Of a DNA stretch of 64,000 bases, positions 32,212-43,175 are shown piece by piece; positions within the stretch are counted from its first letter, which is position 1; every line of letters begins with the position of its first letter. A program made the translations under genes and the position numbers. Below the pieces are notes generated by a model. It had not been told where the DNA came from. It saw nothing but the letters and a program-made list of their open reading frames with translations, and did not search any database. The stretch is from Nitrospirota bacterium (GTDB lineage Bacteria; Nitrospirota; Nitrospiria; Nitrospirales; Nitrospiraceae): positions 128,327 to 192,326 of the forward strand of contig NSIK01000004.1 of the NCBI GenBank assembly GCA_002737345.1. Reading direction: 5' to 3'.

Positions 32212-32216
32212 AGCTA

Positions 32217-33140
32217 ATGTTCATGGGGGATTCTAGGCATTTACCGGTCATGTCGGCAGAGGCCCTGTTTTGGCTTATTCAAGAGAAGAGGCGAACCTAT
32301 CTTGACTGCACGGTGGGGTACAGTGGGCATGCTGAAAAAATTCTTGAGGCAAACGGGTCTGATAGCAGGCTTATCGGGCTGGATCGCGATGCCATGGCTA
32401 TTGCGGCGAGCCGCGAACGACTCGCGCGATTCGGCGACCGCGCACTCCTTCTACATGGGCACTTTGTGGATCTGAAGCAGCATCTTGCTGCGAATGGCAT
32501 TAGTCGAGTGGATGGGATTTTGTTCGATCTGGGCGTTTCGTCTCCGCAGTTGGATGAAGCAGCCCGTGGGTTTAGTTTTCAGGGAGATGGTCCGTTGGAC
32601 ATGCGCATGGATCAATCGACGGGCGGGACGGCAGCCGATCTGGTCAATCAATGGCCGGAGACGCAGTTAGCCGACGTGATTTTCCAATTCGGCGAGGAAC
32701 GCTTTTCCCGTCGCATTGCGCGCGCCATCGTGACCGCGCGAGAGCATCGCCCGCTGGCGACGACGAAGGAGCTGGTTTCCGTGATCGAAGGGTCGGTGCC
32801 CGCCAAGTATCGGTATGGCCGCCTCCATTGCGCAACCCGCACGTTCCAGGCCCTGCGCATCGCCGTCAATCAGGAGCTCGATTGTCTGGAGCCAGCGTTG
32901 CGCGATGCGGTGGATGTGTTGTCTCCCGGCGGACGTCTCTGCGTGATCTCGTTTCACTCGCTTGAAGATCGGATTGTGAAGCACACGTTCCGGGCGCTCT
33001 CAGGCAAGGAAGATCCCTTCTTGACGGTACTCACGAAACGACCGCAGGTCGCCAGCAGCGAAGAGTCAGATAGAAATCCCCGGTCGCGCAGCGCCAAGCT
33101 GCGGGCCGCTCAACGGGTAGCCATGGAGGGTCACTCATGA
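32217..33140 (+). CDS. rsmH: 16S rRNA (cytosine1402-N4)-methyltransferase
   Basis: HLPVM, DCTVGYSGH and FDLGVSSPQLD..RGFSF motifs; first gene of the dcw cluster. Confidence 0.92.
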   Translation: MFMGDSRHLPVMSAEALFWLIQEKRRTYLDCTVGYSGHAEKILEANGSDSRLIGLDRDAMAIAASRERLARFGDRALLLHGHFVDLKQHLAANGISRVDGILFDLGVSSPQLDEAARGFSFQGDGPLDMRMDQSTGGTAADLVNQWPETQLADVIFQFGEERFSRRIARAIVTAREHRPLATTKELVSVIEGSVPAKYRYGRLHCATRTFQALRIAVNQELDCLEPALRDAVDVLSPGGRLCVISFHSLEDRIVKHTFRALSGKEDPFLTVLTKRPQVASSEESDRNPRSRSAKLRAAQRVAMEGHS

Positions 33141-33472
33141 AGACGCTAACGATTCTAGCCGGTGTGATGTTGGTCTTTGTGTTTGTGTGGGAACGGGTGG
33201 ATGTCGTTCGGCTGGGGTATCAGATCGAGCGATCGAAGAGCCAGAAGATATTATTGGAGCGGGAGCGGGATCAGCTGCAAGTGAAGTTTTCTTCGCTGGC
33301 GGCGCCGGAGCGGATCGCGAAAGTGGCGACGGAGAAGCTGGGGCTGATTCCGCCGCAGCAGGGACAAGTCATGATGGTGCATCAGTCGATGGATGCCCCT
33401 GGCTTGTCGTCTCCGCCCGTGGAGCAGGTTCGGTTGGCAAGGCATGTGGTAACCGGGAGAATAAACGAGTGA
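33137..33472 (+). CDS. ftsL: cell division protein FtsL
   Basis: 111 aa, single N-terminal TM plus coiled coil, canonical position between rsmH and ftsI. Confidence 0.7.
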   Translation: MKTLTILAGVMLVFVFVWERVDVVRLGYQIERSKSQKILLERERDQLQVKFSSLAAPERIAKVATEKLGLIPPQQGQVMMVHQSMDAPGLSSPPVEQVRLARHVVTGRINE

Positions 33473-35187
33473 CAGTCGGCCCCTCACGCGGTCGTCGTTA
33501 TGTGATGCTGTTCCTGTTTTTCTGCGGGTTCAGCATCATTCTGTTTCGGTTAGTCACGCTCCAAGTGCTTCAAGCAGCAGAACTCACGGCTAAGGCTAAT
33601 CGCCAACATGAAAAAACTGTGTCGTTCGAGGGCGCCCGGGGCATGGTGTCGGATCGGCACGGCAAGGTGCTCGCGATGAATGTAGAGGTGCCCTCCGTGT
33701 TCGGGGTGCCCACATCGCTGGAGAATCCTTCGGCCGTGGCTCGCCACCTTTCCCCGGTGCTCCGTATTCGAAGCAGCGAGCTGGAGAAGAAGCTCCGGCA
33801 GAATAAGAGTTTCGTCTGGCTGGCGCGAAAGGTCGAGCCGGAGCAGGGCCGCAGGCTGGAGCAGTTGTCGTTGGGTGGCATCGGGGTGGTGATGGAGGGG
33901 CAGCGCTTCTATCCCAATGGGCCGTTGCTGGCCCATGTCCTTGGATTTTCCGGGATGGATGGGCAGGGGCTGGAGGGCCTAGAGCGCCGATACGACACGC
34001 AACTGCATGGAGAAAAGCGCGTGACCGTGCTGCAGCGCGATGCGTTGGGCCGCACGATTTTCCCGAAAGGCGGCAAGGAGCAAGTGCCGACGCAGGGACA
34101 GGCCCTGACGCTGACCGTGGATGAGGTCATTCAATATATTGCAGAAAAAGAACTCGACGAGACGGTCGTTCGTACCCATGCCAGATCCGGGACGATCATT
34201 GTCATGGAGCCGCAATCAGGCGCGATTCTGGCGATGGCGGTCAGTCCACGGTTCGATCCGAACTCCGTCAGCGCATTGACGCCGGACCGGTGGCGCAATC
34301 GAGCGTTGACCGATACTTACGAGCCTGGGTCGACTATGAAGGCGGTGGTGGCGGCGGCGGCGCTGGAAGAAAAGGTGATGACGCCTGGCTCCATGATTTT
34401 CGGTGAAAATGGCAAGATGACGATTGCGAGTACGACGATTCATGACCATGAGAAGCTCGGCTGGATGACGTTTTCCGAGATGATTCAAAAGTCCAGCAAC
34501 ATTGGCGCCGCGAAAACCGGCATGGCCCTTGGCGATCAGCGGCTCTATCGCTATCTCCAAGCCTTTGGATTCGGGCAACGGACGGAGATCGATCTGCCGG
34601 GCGAAGTCAACGGGCTCTTGAAGGCGCCCAAGAGTTGGGGCCGCCGAACGCTGGCGTCGATTTCGATGGGACAGGAGATTGGGGTGACGCCTCTCCAGAT
34701 GGTGTCGGCGATCGCGACCCTCGCCAATGGTGGCGTGATGATGAAGCCCTATGTGGTGTCCGAAGTGCGCGATCAGAAGGGGCTCCTCCTGATGGAAGTG
34801 TTGCCGCATGCCAAGCGACGTGTCGTATTGGAGGAGACGGCCAAGACGGTGACGACGATGCTGGAAAGGGTTGTGACTCACGGCACGGGGACGAAGGCCG
34901 CGATTCCCGGATTCCGCGTGGCGGGTAAAACTGGGACGGCGCAAAAGATTGATCCGCGAACCGGCGGCTATTCCTCCACTCTGTTTGTCGGGTCGTTCGT
35001 CGGCTATGTGCCGGCTGAATCACCCCGGTTGGCCATGATCGTGGTCATTGATGAGCCGCAAGGCGAAGCCTGGGGGGGCACCGTGGCAGCGCCAGTCTTT
35101 CGGCGGGTTGGGGAGCAGGTGTTGAATTATCTGGGCGTATCCAGGGAGGACACAGTGAAAATCGCATTGGCGACGAGGGACTACTAG
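33469..35187 (+). CDS. ftsI: peptidoglycan D,D-transpeptidase FtsI (PBP3)
   Basis: STMK, SSN and KTGT active-site motifs; GTG 33469 overlaps the ftsL stop (GTGA). Confidence 0.9.
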   Translation: MTVGPSRGRRYVMLFLFFCGFSIILFRLVTLQVLQAAELTAKANRQHEKTVSFEGARGMVSDRHGKVLAMNVEVPSVFGVPTSLENPSAVARHLSPVLRIRSSELEKKLRQNKSFVWLARKVEPEQGRRLEQLSLGGIGVVMEGQRFYPNGPLLAHVLGFSGMDGQGLEGLERRYDTQLHGEKRVTVLQRDALGRTIFPKGGKEQVPTQGQALTLTVDEVIQYIAEKELDETVVRTHARSGTIIVMEPQSGAILAMAVSPRFDPNSVSALTPDRWRNRALTDTYEPGSTMKAVVAAAALEEKVMTPGSMIFGENGKMTIASTTIHDHEKLGWMTFSEMIQKSSNIGAAKTGMALGDQRLYRYLQAFGFGQRTEIDLPGEVNGLLKAPKSWGRRTLASISMGQEIGVTPLQMVSAIATLANGGVMMKPYVVSEVRDQKGLLLMEVLPHAKRRVVLEETAKTVTTMLERVVTHGTGTKAAIPGFRVAGKTGTAQKIDPRTGGYSSTLFVGSFVGYVPAESPRLAMIVVIDEPQGEAWGGTVAAPVFRRVGEQVLNYLGVSREDTVKIALATRDY

Positions 35188-35192
35188 CAGCC

Positions 35193-36710
35193 ATGACCCG
35201 CAATCCTGTCACCCTCAAGCAGTTGCTCACAGCGCTCCGTGGGCAAGTTGCGGTTTTGGAGGAGCGTGGCGAGATGACTCGCCCGGTGCAGGGGATCACG
35301 GACGATTCACGGGCTGTCACGGCCGGGAGTATTTTCGTGGCGGTCAAGGGTGAGCGAGTCGATGGTCACGATTTTATCGAGCAGGCCATCAAGGCCGGAG
35401 CCGGCGCCATTGTTGCGCAGGTTCCTGTGGCCTCAGGGCCGGTGCTCCTCGTGCTGGTGGCTGATTCGCGTAAGGCGCTCGGGCTCCTCGGCAGCCGGTT
35501 ACAGGGGGATCCTTCTGCCCGTCTTAAGATGATCGGCGTGACCGGCACGAACGGAAAGACCACGACTACGTACCTCTGCAAATCGTTGCTGAAGGGAATC
35601 GGTCGGAAGGTGGGGTTGATCGGGACGTTGGGCTATCAGATCGGGCAGGAGACCTTTCCTGCCTCGCACACGACGCCTGGCGCGCTCGATCTTCAGCAAT
35701 TGCTGGCGAAGATGGTCGAGCATGGACTCGATGCCACCGTGATGGAAGTGTCGTCCCATGCCCTCGCATTAGATCGGACGTCCGGCTGCGAGTATGACGT
35801 AGCGGTCTTTACGAACCTTACGCAGGATCACCTCGATTTTCATGACACGATGGATGAGTACTTTGCGGCAAAGTTGAAACTGTTTACCGGATTGGCCGGG
35901 GGACAGAAGACGGGGAAACGCGCCATCGTCAATATGGATGATCCGAGAGGGGCTGCGATCCGGGCCGCCTGTCCTGTGCCGGTCTGGGGCTATGCGCTAC
36001 AGAACAGGGCCGAGCTCAAGGCGGAAGCTGTGCGCCTCTCGCTGTCTGGGACGACCTTTACCGCTGCGACGCCTGCCGGTTCGTTCACGGTCGAGAGCCG
36101 GCTGGTAGGAGAACATAACGTCTATAACTTGCTGGGGGCGATTGGAGTGGCTCTGCATGATGGGGCGACGGCGGATCAGATCTGCGAAGCGGCGGCTCAT
36201 ATGACGAATGTCCCAGGCCGGTTCGAACGGGTCTCGTCCGGGCAGGATTTTACCGTGGTTGTCGATTATGCCCATACGGAAGATGCCCTCGTCCGGTTGC
36301 TTACGGCAGCCCAGGTCTTAAAGATTGATCGGATCATTACGGTGTTCGGCTGCGGCGGTGATCGGGACCGGGGGAAGCGTCCCAAGATGGGCCGCGCCGC
36401 CGTGGAGTACAGTGATGTAGTGGTGCTGACCTCCGATAACCCGCGCACCGAGGACCCGATGGCGATCCTTCGCGAGGTCGAGGTCGGGGTGCGCGAGGCG
36501 CTGGCGGACCGAAGCCATGTGCAGTATCGCCTGGTGCCCGACCGGCGTGAGGCGATCGGCGCAGCGATCCGTGAAGCGCACCGTGGCGACATGGTCCTCA
36601 TTGCCGGCAAGGGGCATGAGGACTATCAAATTATCGGGACGAAAAAGTTTCACTTTGACGACCGTGAGGTCGCACGCGAAGCGATCCGGCAGTTGCAGGG
36701 TTGCGCGTGA
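35193..36710 (+). CDS. murE: UDP-N-acetylmuramoyl-L-alanyl-D-glutamate--2,6-diaminopimelate ligase
   Basis: GVTGTNGKTTT P-loop; DNPR motif (TSDNPRTEDP) typical of DAP-adding MurE. Confidence 0.92.
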   Translation: MTRNPVTLKQLLTALRGQVAVLEERGEMTRPVQGITDDSRAVTAGSIFVAVKGERVDGHDFIEQAIKAGAGAIVAQVPVASGPVLLVLVADSRKALGLLGSRLQGDPSARLKMIGVTGTNGKTTTTYLCKSLLKGIGRKVGLIGTLGYQIGQETFPASHTTPGALDLQQLLAKMVEHGLDATVMEVSSHALALDRTSGCEYDVAVFTNLTQDHLDFHDTMDEYFAAKLKLFTGLAGGQKTGKRAIVNMDDPRGAAIRAACPVPVWGYALQNRAELKAEAVRLSLSGTTFTAATPAGSFTVESRLVGEHNVYNLLGAIGVALHDGATADQICEAAAHMTNVPGRFERVSSGQDFTVVVDYAHTEDALVRLLTAAQVLKIDRIITVFGCGGDRDRGKRPKMGRAAVEYSDVVVLTSDNPRTEDPMAILREVEVGVREALADRSHVQYRLVPDRREAIGAAIREAHRGDMVLIAGKGHEDYQIIGTKKFHFDDREVAREAIRQLQGCA

Positions 36711-36756
36711 CGATGCAGGACATAACCAAGACCGGACAGGGCAGGGCAGAGAATCG

Positions 36757-38211
36757 ATGGGACTCTTTACGGTTCAAGAATTGCGGGAAGTCATCAGCGT
36801 GACGATCCTCGCTGGCCGAGATTCGGTATCGGGGAAGCGCCGGATCAGACAGGTCAGCACGGATTCGCGATCGATCCGCCGAGGGGATCTTTTTGTCGCG
36901 TTGCGAGGCGAGCAGTTCGACGGCCATGAGTTCGTGCCGGCTGTGCTTGCAAAAGGCGCGGCAGGCGCGATCGTGCACGATGAATATCGCCTGCCGCGCG
37001 GTCCCGCGTCGGCGCGGCTCTTTGAGGGACGGTCGGCCCCCTTTCTCTTTGGCGTGCAGGATCCCCTGTTCGCCTACCAGCAGTTGGCGACCCATCATCG
37101 CAGCCGGTTTCACTTCCCCGTGGTGGCGGTGACCGGGAGCAACGGTAAGACGACGACGAAAGATATGGTGGCGGCGGTGTTGGCCCAGCGGTGGCGCACG
37201 TTGAAGACCGAGGGGAATTTTAATAACCGGATTGGCGTGCCCCATACCCTGTTCCGGCTCACGGCTCGCCATCAAGCGGCGGTGATTGAGATGGGAGTGG
37301 ATCATCAGGGGCAGACGACCAGGCTTTGTGAGATTGTCCGGCCTACGGTTGGGCTGATTACCAATATCGGCCCCGACCATCTGGAGTTTTTCGGGGAGAT
37401 AGAAGGCTCGGTGCAGGCCAAGGCGGAACTGCTGGACATGCTTCCGGTCAATGGCACGGCGATTTTGAACGCCGACGATCCCTACTTTGGCTATCTCGCC
37501 TCGCGGGCGCAATGCCGCGTCATGTCATTCGGATTTTCAGAGATGGCCGATATTTCCGCGAGCGAGGTGACTTCCGATGCGCGCCAGGGCACGACTTTCC
37601 GCCTGCACCTGCCCGGAAAGAGCCGTCCCTTAGCCGTGCGAATCAAGGTGCATGGAGCCCACAACGTGGCTAATGCGCTTGCCGCTGCGGCAGTGGGTGT
37701 GGCGTTGAACCTGTCCGGTTCGATGATCGTTCAGGGGCTGGCCCGATTTCTCCCCGCCGCAATGCGGTCGCAGGTGGTGACCCATCGGGGTGTCTATATC
37801 ATCAACGATTGTTACAACGCCAACCCGGCATCGATGAAGGCAGCGCTTCAGCTCTTGGCGCAGTGGAGTCCGGTGCGCGAACGGATCGCCGTCCTGGGAG
37901 ATATGCTGGAGCTCGGCCCTGAGAGCCGCTCGATGCATCGGGAAGTCGGGCAGTTCCTGGCTACACAGGGTCTGTCGCGGCTGATCGCCTGCGGAACATT
38001 GGGTCGGGACATCGCAGAGGGGGCTAGGCGCGGCGGGATGCCCGATTTGCAGATTGAGGAAGTGGCGGATGCGGCGGCCTCAGCCGACCGGCTCAAAAAA
38101 ATTGTGCGGCAGGGTGATGTGGTGCTGGTGAAGGCGTCTCGTGGCATGAAGATGGAGCAGGTGACCCAGGTTCTGACAGGGATGAGGGCGGTCATCAAAC
38201 AGGCATCGTGA
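36757..38211 (+). CDS. murF: UDP-N-acetylmuramoyl-tripeptide--D-alanyl-D-alanine ligase
   Basis: VTGSNGKTTTKDM P-loop; start at ATG 36757 after the murE stop (track ORF start 36517 overlaps murE). Confidence 0.9.
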   Translation: MGLFTVQELREVISVTILAGRDSVSGKRRIRQVSTDSRSIRRGDLFVALRGEQFDGHEFVPAVLAKGAAGAIVHDEYRLPRGPASARLFEGRSAPFLFGVQDPLFAYQQLATHHRSRFHFPVVAVTGSNGKTTTKDMVAAVLAQRWRTLKTEGNFNNRIGVPHTLFRLTARHQAAVIEMGVDHQGQTTRLCEIVRPTVGLITNIGPDHLEFFGEIEGSVQAKAELLDMLPVNGTAILNADDPYFGYLASRAQCRVMSFGFSEMADISASEVTSDARQGTTFRLHLPGKSRPLAVRIKVHGAHNVANALAAAAVGVALNLSGSMIVQGLARFLPAAMRSQVVTHRGVYIINDCYNANPASMKAALQLLAQWSPVRERIAVLGDMLELGPESRSMHREVGQFLATQGLSRLIACGTLGRDIAEGARRGGMPDLQIEEVADAAASADRLKKIVRQGDVVLVKASRGMKMEQVTQVLTGMRAVIKQAS

Positions 38212-38273
38212 GGAATCAGCGTTTCTCGTGCTCAGGCATCGGTCTGATTGATTTTTGTTGAGGTACAGACGGC

Positions 38274-39350
38274 ATGTTTTATAACTGGCTCTATCCGTTT
38301 CATACCGAATATTCATTTCTGAACGTCTTTCGGTATTTGAGCTTCCGTATCATCTATGCGGCCGTGACGGCATTTCTGATTGCCTTCGTGCTGGCTCCCT
38401 GGGTGATCCGAAAGCTGCAAGAAATTAAGCTGGGCCAGCAGATCCGCGAAGATGGTCCCAAGAGCCATCTGGCCAAGAGCGGCACGCCCACGATGGGAGG
38501 CGTGCTCATCATTTTCGCGGTGGTCATCTCGACGCTACTCTGGGCCGATATCTCGCGGGCCTATGTCTGGTTGGTGCTCGCTTCCACAATGGGGTTTGGG
38601 GCGATTGGATTTGTTGACGACTATCTCAAGTTCGTCAAGGCGCAGTCGAAGGGGCTCACGGCGGGTCAGAAATTCACGGCGCAAATCGTGCTGGCTTTGG
38701 CGATCGCGATCGCCCTTTATTTCTTGCCCGGCTATACGACCAAGCTCAGCATTCCCTTCTTCAAGAATTTCGTTCCGGATCTCGGCTGGTTCTATATCGC
38801 CTTTGCCGTCCTGGTCATTGTCGGGAGCTCCAACGCTGTCAACCTGACCGACGGCCTGGATGGATTGGCGATCGGACCGGTCATGATCGCGGCCCTGGCC
38901 TATACGATCGTGGCCTATATCGTTGGCCATCGCGTCATGTCGGACTATCTGCTCATCCAACATATCGAAGGCGCGGGCGAACTGGCGGTCTTCACCGCCT
39001 CCATCCTAGGGGCGAGTCTGGGATTCCTCTGGTTCAACTCCTATCCGGCGACCGTGTTCATGGGAGACGTCGGGTCGCTTCCGCTGGGCGCGGCGCTGGG
39101 GACAGTCGCGGTGATCAGCAAACACGAGCTGCTGCTCCTCATGGTCGGCGGGGTATTTGTGATCGAAGCGATCTCGGTCATTTTTCAGGTCGTGTCGTTC
39201 AAGTCGCGCGGGACGCGGATTTTTCTCATGGCGCCAATCCATCATCATTTTGAGATGAAGGGATGGGAGGAGCCGAAGATCGTGGTGCGTTTGTGGATCA
39301 TCGCCATTCTATTGGCCTTATTGAGTTTGAGCACCTTAAAGCTCCGGTGA
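38274..39350 (+). CDS. mraY: phospho-N-acetylmuramoyl-pentapeptide-transferase
   Basis: 10-TM protein with [13 protein letters not shown] and [12 protein letters not shown] motifs. Confidence 0.95.
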   Translation: MFYNWLYPFHTEYSFLNVFRYLSFRIIYAAVTAFLIAFVLAPWVIRKLQEIKLGQQIREDGPKSHLAKSGTPTMGGVLIIFAVVISTLLWADISRAYVWLVLASTMGFGAIGFVDDYLKFVKAQSKGLTAGQKFTAQIVLALAIAIALYFLPGYTTKLSIPFFKNFVPDLGWFYIAFAVLVIVGSSNAVNLTDGLDGLAIGPVMIAALAYTIVAYIVGHRVMSDYLLIQHIEGAGELAVFTASILGASLGFLWFNSYPATVFMGDVGSLPLGAALGTVAVISKHELLLLMVGGVFVIEAISVIFQVVSFKSRGTRIFLMAPIHHHFEMKGWEEPKIVVRLWIIAILLALLSLSTLKLR

Positions 39351-39357
39351 TGGCCTG

Positions 39358-40764
39358 GTGGGAGTAGCAGCAGTGGAACTTGCGGGAGCCAAAGTCACAT
39401 TGATGGGACTGGCCAGAAGCGGCGTGGCTGCTTGCCACCTGCTTCAGGCAGCGGGCGCCAAGGTCACGGTGGCAGATCGCAAAGAGTCCACGGAGCTGAC
39501 CTCGATCCTCGCTTCTATCGATCGCGATCATGTCGAGGTGACCGTCGGGGCCCGGTACGAATCGTCGCTGGATACGGCGAACTTGGTGGTGATTAGTCCG
39601 GGAGTGCCCTATCGATTGGCTTCGCTCGAGGCGGTGCGCCGGCGCGGGGTGAAGGTGATCGGCGAATTGGAGTTAGCCTCGCAATTTATTCGAAGCCCGA
39701 TTCTGGCCGTCACCGGCACCAACGGCAAGAGCACAACCGTGACCTTGATCGGTAAATTTTTGGCCGAAAGTGGGAAGCGGGGATTCGTCGGCGGCAATCT
39801 TGGTACAGCCTTGAGCGAGGCGGCGATGGAAGATTTCCTCGCCCAACAAGAGGGGAAGCCGAGTCCCTACGACTATCTGGTCGTGGAGGTTTCCAGTTTT
39901 CAGTTGGAAACAGTCGATCGATTCCATCCCTGGATTGCCGCGTTGCTCAATGTGACGGTGGATCATCAGGACCGGTATGAGTCGCTGGACGACTATGTCG
40001 CGACGAAGCAGCGAATTTTTGAGAATCAAACCTCGTCGGATTTCGCCCTTTTCAACCTCGACGATGACCGGGTGGCTCCGTTGCGGCATCGTGTGGCTGC
40101 ACAGCGGCTGGGATTTACGAGCGGGTCTACGATCGGGGCCAATCTGTCCGGGGGGACCTATCTCGAAGGCGACCGGATCGTGACAACGGTCACAGGGGCT
40201 CGGCAGGAGATTTGTCGCAGAAGCGAGATCCGCATCATCGGCAACCACAACGTACAGAACGTCATGGCGGCCGTGACTTATGCGGTGCTGTGCGGCTGTC
40301 CCCTTGAGGTGATCCGGCGAGTCCTCGCGACCTTTCCCGGACTTGAACATGCGTTGGAGATTGTCCGTGAGCGGCGAGGGGTCCGGTTCGTAAACGATTC
40401 GAAGGGCACGAATGTCGATGCCACGCTCAAGGCGCTGGAGAGTATCGATCAACCGATTTGGCTCATTGCCGGAGGGCGGGATAAGGGCGGAGACTTTTCG
40501 CGGCTGGCTCAAGCGGTCGGACGGAGGGTCAAGCGTGTGATTCTGATCGGAGAAGCGGCGCCTCTGTTGCGACGGGCTTGGGAGGGGGTCGTGGCGATGA
40601 CCGATGCGGCCAGCTTGCAGGAGGCCGTGGATTGCGCAGCGCAGGGGGCTGCGTCCGGCGATGTCGTGTTGTTGTCTCCTTGCTGTGCCAGCTTCGATAT
40701 GTTCACGGACTATCAAGACCGTGGTCGTCAATTTAAGACATTGGCTCATGCGCTATCGGCGTGA
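39358..40764 (+). CDS. murD: UDP-N-acetylmuramoylalanine--D-glutamate ligase
   Basis: [11 protein letters not shown]-loop; GTG start; position after mraY. Confidence 0.92.
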   Translation: MGVAAVELAGAKVTLMGLARSGVAACHLLQAAGAKVTVADRKESTELTSILASIDRDHVEVTVGARYESSLDTANLVVISPGVPYRLASLEAVRRRGVKVIGELELASQFIRSPILAVTGTNGKSTTVTLIGKFLAESGKRGFVGGNLGTALSEAAMEDFLAQQEGKPSPYDYLVVEVSSFQLETVDRFHPWIAALLNVTVDHQDRYESLDDYVATKQRIFENQTSSDFALFNLDDDRVAPLRHRVAAQRLGFTSGSTIGANLSGGTYLEGDRIVTTVTGARQEICRRSEIRIIGNHNVQNVMAAVTYAVLCGCPLEVIRRVLATFPGLEHALEIVRERRGVRFVNDSKGTNVDATLKALESIDQPIWLIAGGRDKGGDFSRLAQAVGRRVKRVILIGEAAPLLRRAWEGVVAMTDAASLQEAVDCAAQGAASGDVVLLSPCCASFDMFTDYQDRGRQFKTLAHALSA

Positions 40765-40796
40765 CGTGCCAGGCAAGGGAGGGACGGTTCTGAGCA

Positions 40797-41993
40797 ATGG
40801 CACATCGATCAGCAGGGACCCTGGCGCTTCCATGGTCCCAGACCAGCCAACGATCGGGCAAACAGCGAGTGGAGGGGGACCGTACGCTCTTGGCGGTTAC
40901 CGTGACCCTGGCGCTGATTGGGCTAGTTATGGTGTTCAGCGCGAGCGCCATTGTGGCGGGAAACCGGTTTCACGATTCGGGATTTTTCCTGAAGCGGCAG
41001 ATCGCCTGGCTCGCCTTCGGCTTTCTCTTGATGCATCTCACGTCGCACATCGATTACACGCTCTGGAAGAAGCTCTCCATTCCGATGTTGTTTTGTATGT
41101 TGCTGCTGCTGGTCATGGTGTTGGTGCCGGGGCTGGGTGTGGCTGCCAAGGGAGCGAGACGCTGGTTACGGTTTGGGCCGATCTCGATGCAGCCGGCGGA
41201 ACTGGTCAAGCTGGTGGTGGTCATTTATATGGCATCCTATCTGACCAGAAAAAAGGACAAGATCGCGTCGTTTCGCGAGGGTCTGCTGCCGGCCCTGATC
41301 GTGCTCGGGCTGCTGAGCGGACTGGTCTTGATCGAGCCGGATCTTGGGACGGTCGTGGTGATTGGGCTGGTGACGATTGGGCTCTGTTTCCTCGCTGGTG
41401 CGCGCATTTCCCATCTGGTGACGTTGGCTCTCTGCGCTGTTCCGGTCGTTATGGTGCTGGTCCTGGGATCCAGTTACCGGCGTCAACGGCTCATGACCTT
41501 TCTGGCTCCCTGGAAGGAAGCGTCGGCTGCCGGGTTTCAAATTACTCAGTCCTTTCTGGCGTTCGGCAGCGGCGGGCCCTTTGGAGTGGGGTTGGGCGAG
41601 GGCAAGCAGAAGCTATACTTCCTCCCGGAGGCTCATACGGATTTTGTGTTGTCGCTGGTCGGAGAAGAACTTGGGCTGGTAGGGACCGTCACCGTGATCC
41701 TGCTTTTTGCGGTGTTCGTCTGGCGGGGCTTTCAGATCGCCGCGCGCGCACGGGTGCCCTTCGGCCAGCATCTGGGCATGGGCATTACCCTCTTGATCGG
41801 CGGCCAAGCTCTGGTGAATGCAGCGGTGGTGACAGGGCTTTTGCCGACGAAGGGGCTGACCTTGCCGTTCGTCAGTTACGGGGGCTCGTCGCTCGTGGTC
41901 AGTCTGATCGGCGTGGGGATTTTGCTCAGCATCTCTCGCGACCGGCATGCGGGCGGCTCGCGTGGTCGACGGGGTGGATCGGATCACGAATGA
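40797..41993 (+). CDS. ftsW: SEDS-family peptidoglycan glycosyltransferase FtsW
   Basis: 10-TM FtsW/RodA/SpoVE pattern (EPDLGT, PEAHTDF, SYGGSS). Confidence 0.92.
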   Translation: MAHRSAGTLALPWSQTSQRSGKQRVEGDRTLLAVTVTLALIGLVMVFSASAIVAGNRFHDSGFFLKRQIAWLAFGFLLMHLTSHIDYTLWKKLSIPMLFCMLLLLVMVLVPGLGVAAKGARRWLRFGPISMQPAELVKLVVVIYMASYLTRKKDKIASFREGLLPALIVLGLLSGLVLIEPDLGTVVVIGLVTIGLCFLAGARISHLVTLALCAVPVVMVLVLGSSYRRQRLMTFLAPWKEASAAGFQITQSFLAFGSGGPFGVGLGEGKQKLYFLPEAHTDFVLSLVGEELGLVGTVTVILLFAVFVWRGFQIAARARVPFGQHLGMGITLLIGGQALVNAAVVTGLLPTKGLTLPFVSYGGSSLVVSLIGVGILLSISRDRHAGGSRGRRGGSDHE

Positions 41994-43108
41994 CGATTGT
42001 CATTGCAGCAGGAGGAACCGGGGGCCATCTCTATCCGGCTGTGGCATTGGTGCGAGAGTTTCTCCGGCGCGACCCCGCAACTCAGGCGCTCTTCGTGGGG
42101 ACGTCGCGTGGACTGGAATCGAAGGTGCTGGCCCATGAGAGATTTGAGCTGGCCCTAATCAGTGCTCAGCCCGTGATGGGCAAGGGGCTATTGGGAGGGA
42201 TGAAAGGGCTGTGCGCCCTACCAAAAAGTTTGTGGCAATGTTTGAAGATTTTGCGAACAAAACGGACGGATCTGGTGATCGGAGTCGGCGGCTATACCAG
42301 TCCGATGGTGCTGCTGGCCGCAGCCTTGACAGGGGTGCCACGCGTGATTCTTGAGCCGAATGCACGGCCCGGTATGGCGAATAAAGCGGTGGGGCCATTC
42401 GCACAATTGGTGTTTCTCGGATTCGAGTCCGCGGCCGCGTCGTATACTCGTTCCAAGGTGCGGGTCACGGGGATTCCAATTCGCAAAGCTTTTCTGGATT
42501 CCGTGCAGCAGAGCCAGGAGAACAGGAAGACGTTTCATCTGTTGATTTTCGGTGGGAGCCAGGGGGCGAAGGCGATTAATACGGCGGTGATTGAAGGATT
42601 GCCAGAGCTGATGACCCAGTTGCCACAATTGACAGTCACCCATCAGACCGGCGAGTCCGATCAGGCGCGGGTGGCTGAGGCCTATCGTCGCGCGGGCATC
42701 TCCGCTCAGGTCACGCCGTTTCTCTACGACATGCCTGACGAATTGCGGCAGGCGGATCTCGTGGTGGCGCGAGCCGGGGCCATGACGGTGGCGGAGCTGA
42801 CCACATGCGGTAAGCCTGCCATTCTGATTCCTCTGCCCTCCGCCATCTATAACCATCAGATGCAGAACGCCAAAGTCATGGAGGCGGCAGGGGCCGCAGT
42901 CGTGCTTCCACAATCGGCGCTCACTGGCTCCACGTTGGCTCGCGCAGTGGCGACCATTCTCGGAGATCCAGCGCGAGTGCAGGCGATGGGAGCTGCCAGT
43001 TTAGCGATGAGACGAACCGACGCGGCCGAGGTCATCGTCCGCGAATGCTACGCACTCATGAAGGGCCAGCATGATGTCGGCCGGTCTGGTAGAGAGGCGG
43101 GATTCTGA
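41990..43108 (+). CDS. murG: undecaprenyldiphospho-muramoylpentapeptide beta-N-acetylglucosaminyltransferase
   Basis: N-terminal AAGGTGGHLYPA; ATGA overlap with ftsW. Confidence 0.92.
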   Translation: MTIVIAAGGTGGHLYPAVALVREFLRRDPATQALFVGTSRGLESKVLAHERFELALISAQPVMGKGLLGGMKGLCALPKSLWQCLKILRTKRTDLVIGVGGYTSPMVLLAAALTGVPRVILEPNARPGMANKAVGPFAQLVFLGFESAAASYTRSKVRVTGIPIRKAFLDSVQQSQENRKTFHLLIFGGSQGAKAINTAVIEGLPELMTQLPQLTVTHQTGESDQARVAEAYRRAGISAQVTPFLYDMPDELRQADLVVARAGAMTVAELTTCGKPAILIPLPSAIYNHQMQNAKVMEAAGAAVVLPQSALTGSTLARAVATILGDPARVQAMGAASLAMRRTDAAEVIVRECYALMKGQHDVGRSGREAGF

Positions 43109-43175
43109 GGGTGCAGAGCAACGTCGTCAGGAGCAATCTTCATATCCACCGGTCGGTGGAGCAAGGCGCGTGACC

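Noticed and set aside
33187-33468. N-terminal 94 codons of the 666-aa ftsI track ORF
   Set aside because: They overlap ftsL in another frame and translate to low-complexity Gly/Ala/Ser. A GTG at 33469 overlapping the ftsL stop gives the normal PBP3 N-terminus with its TM anchor.
40604-43108. 834-aa ORF spanning ftsW and murG
   Set aside because: Only its C-terminal part (from ATG 41990, MTIVIAAGGTGGHLYPA) is MurG. The N-terminal 460 residues are an Arg/Gly/Ala-rich alternative frame running across ftsW, whose true frame (40797-41993) encodes a clean 10-TM SEDS protein.
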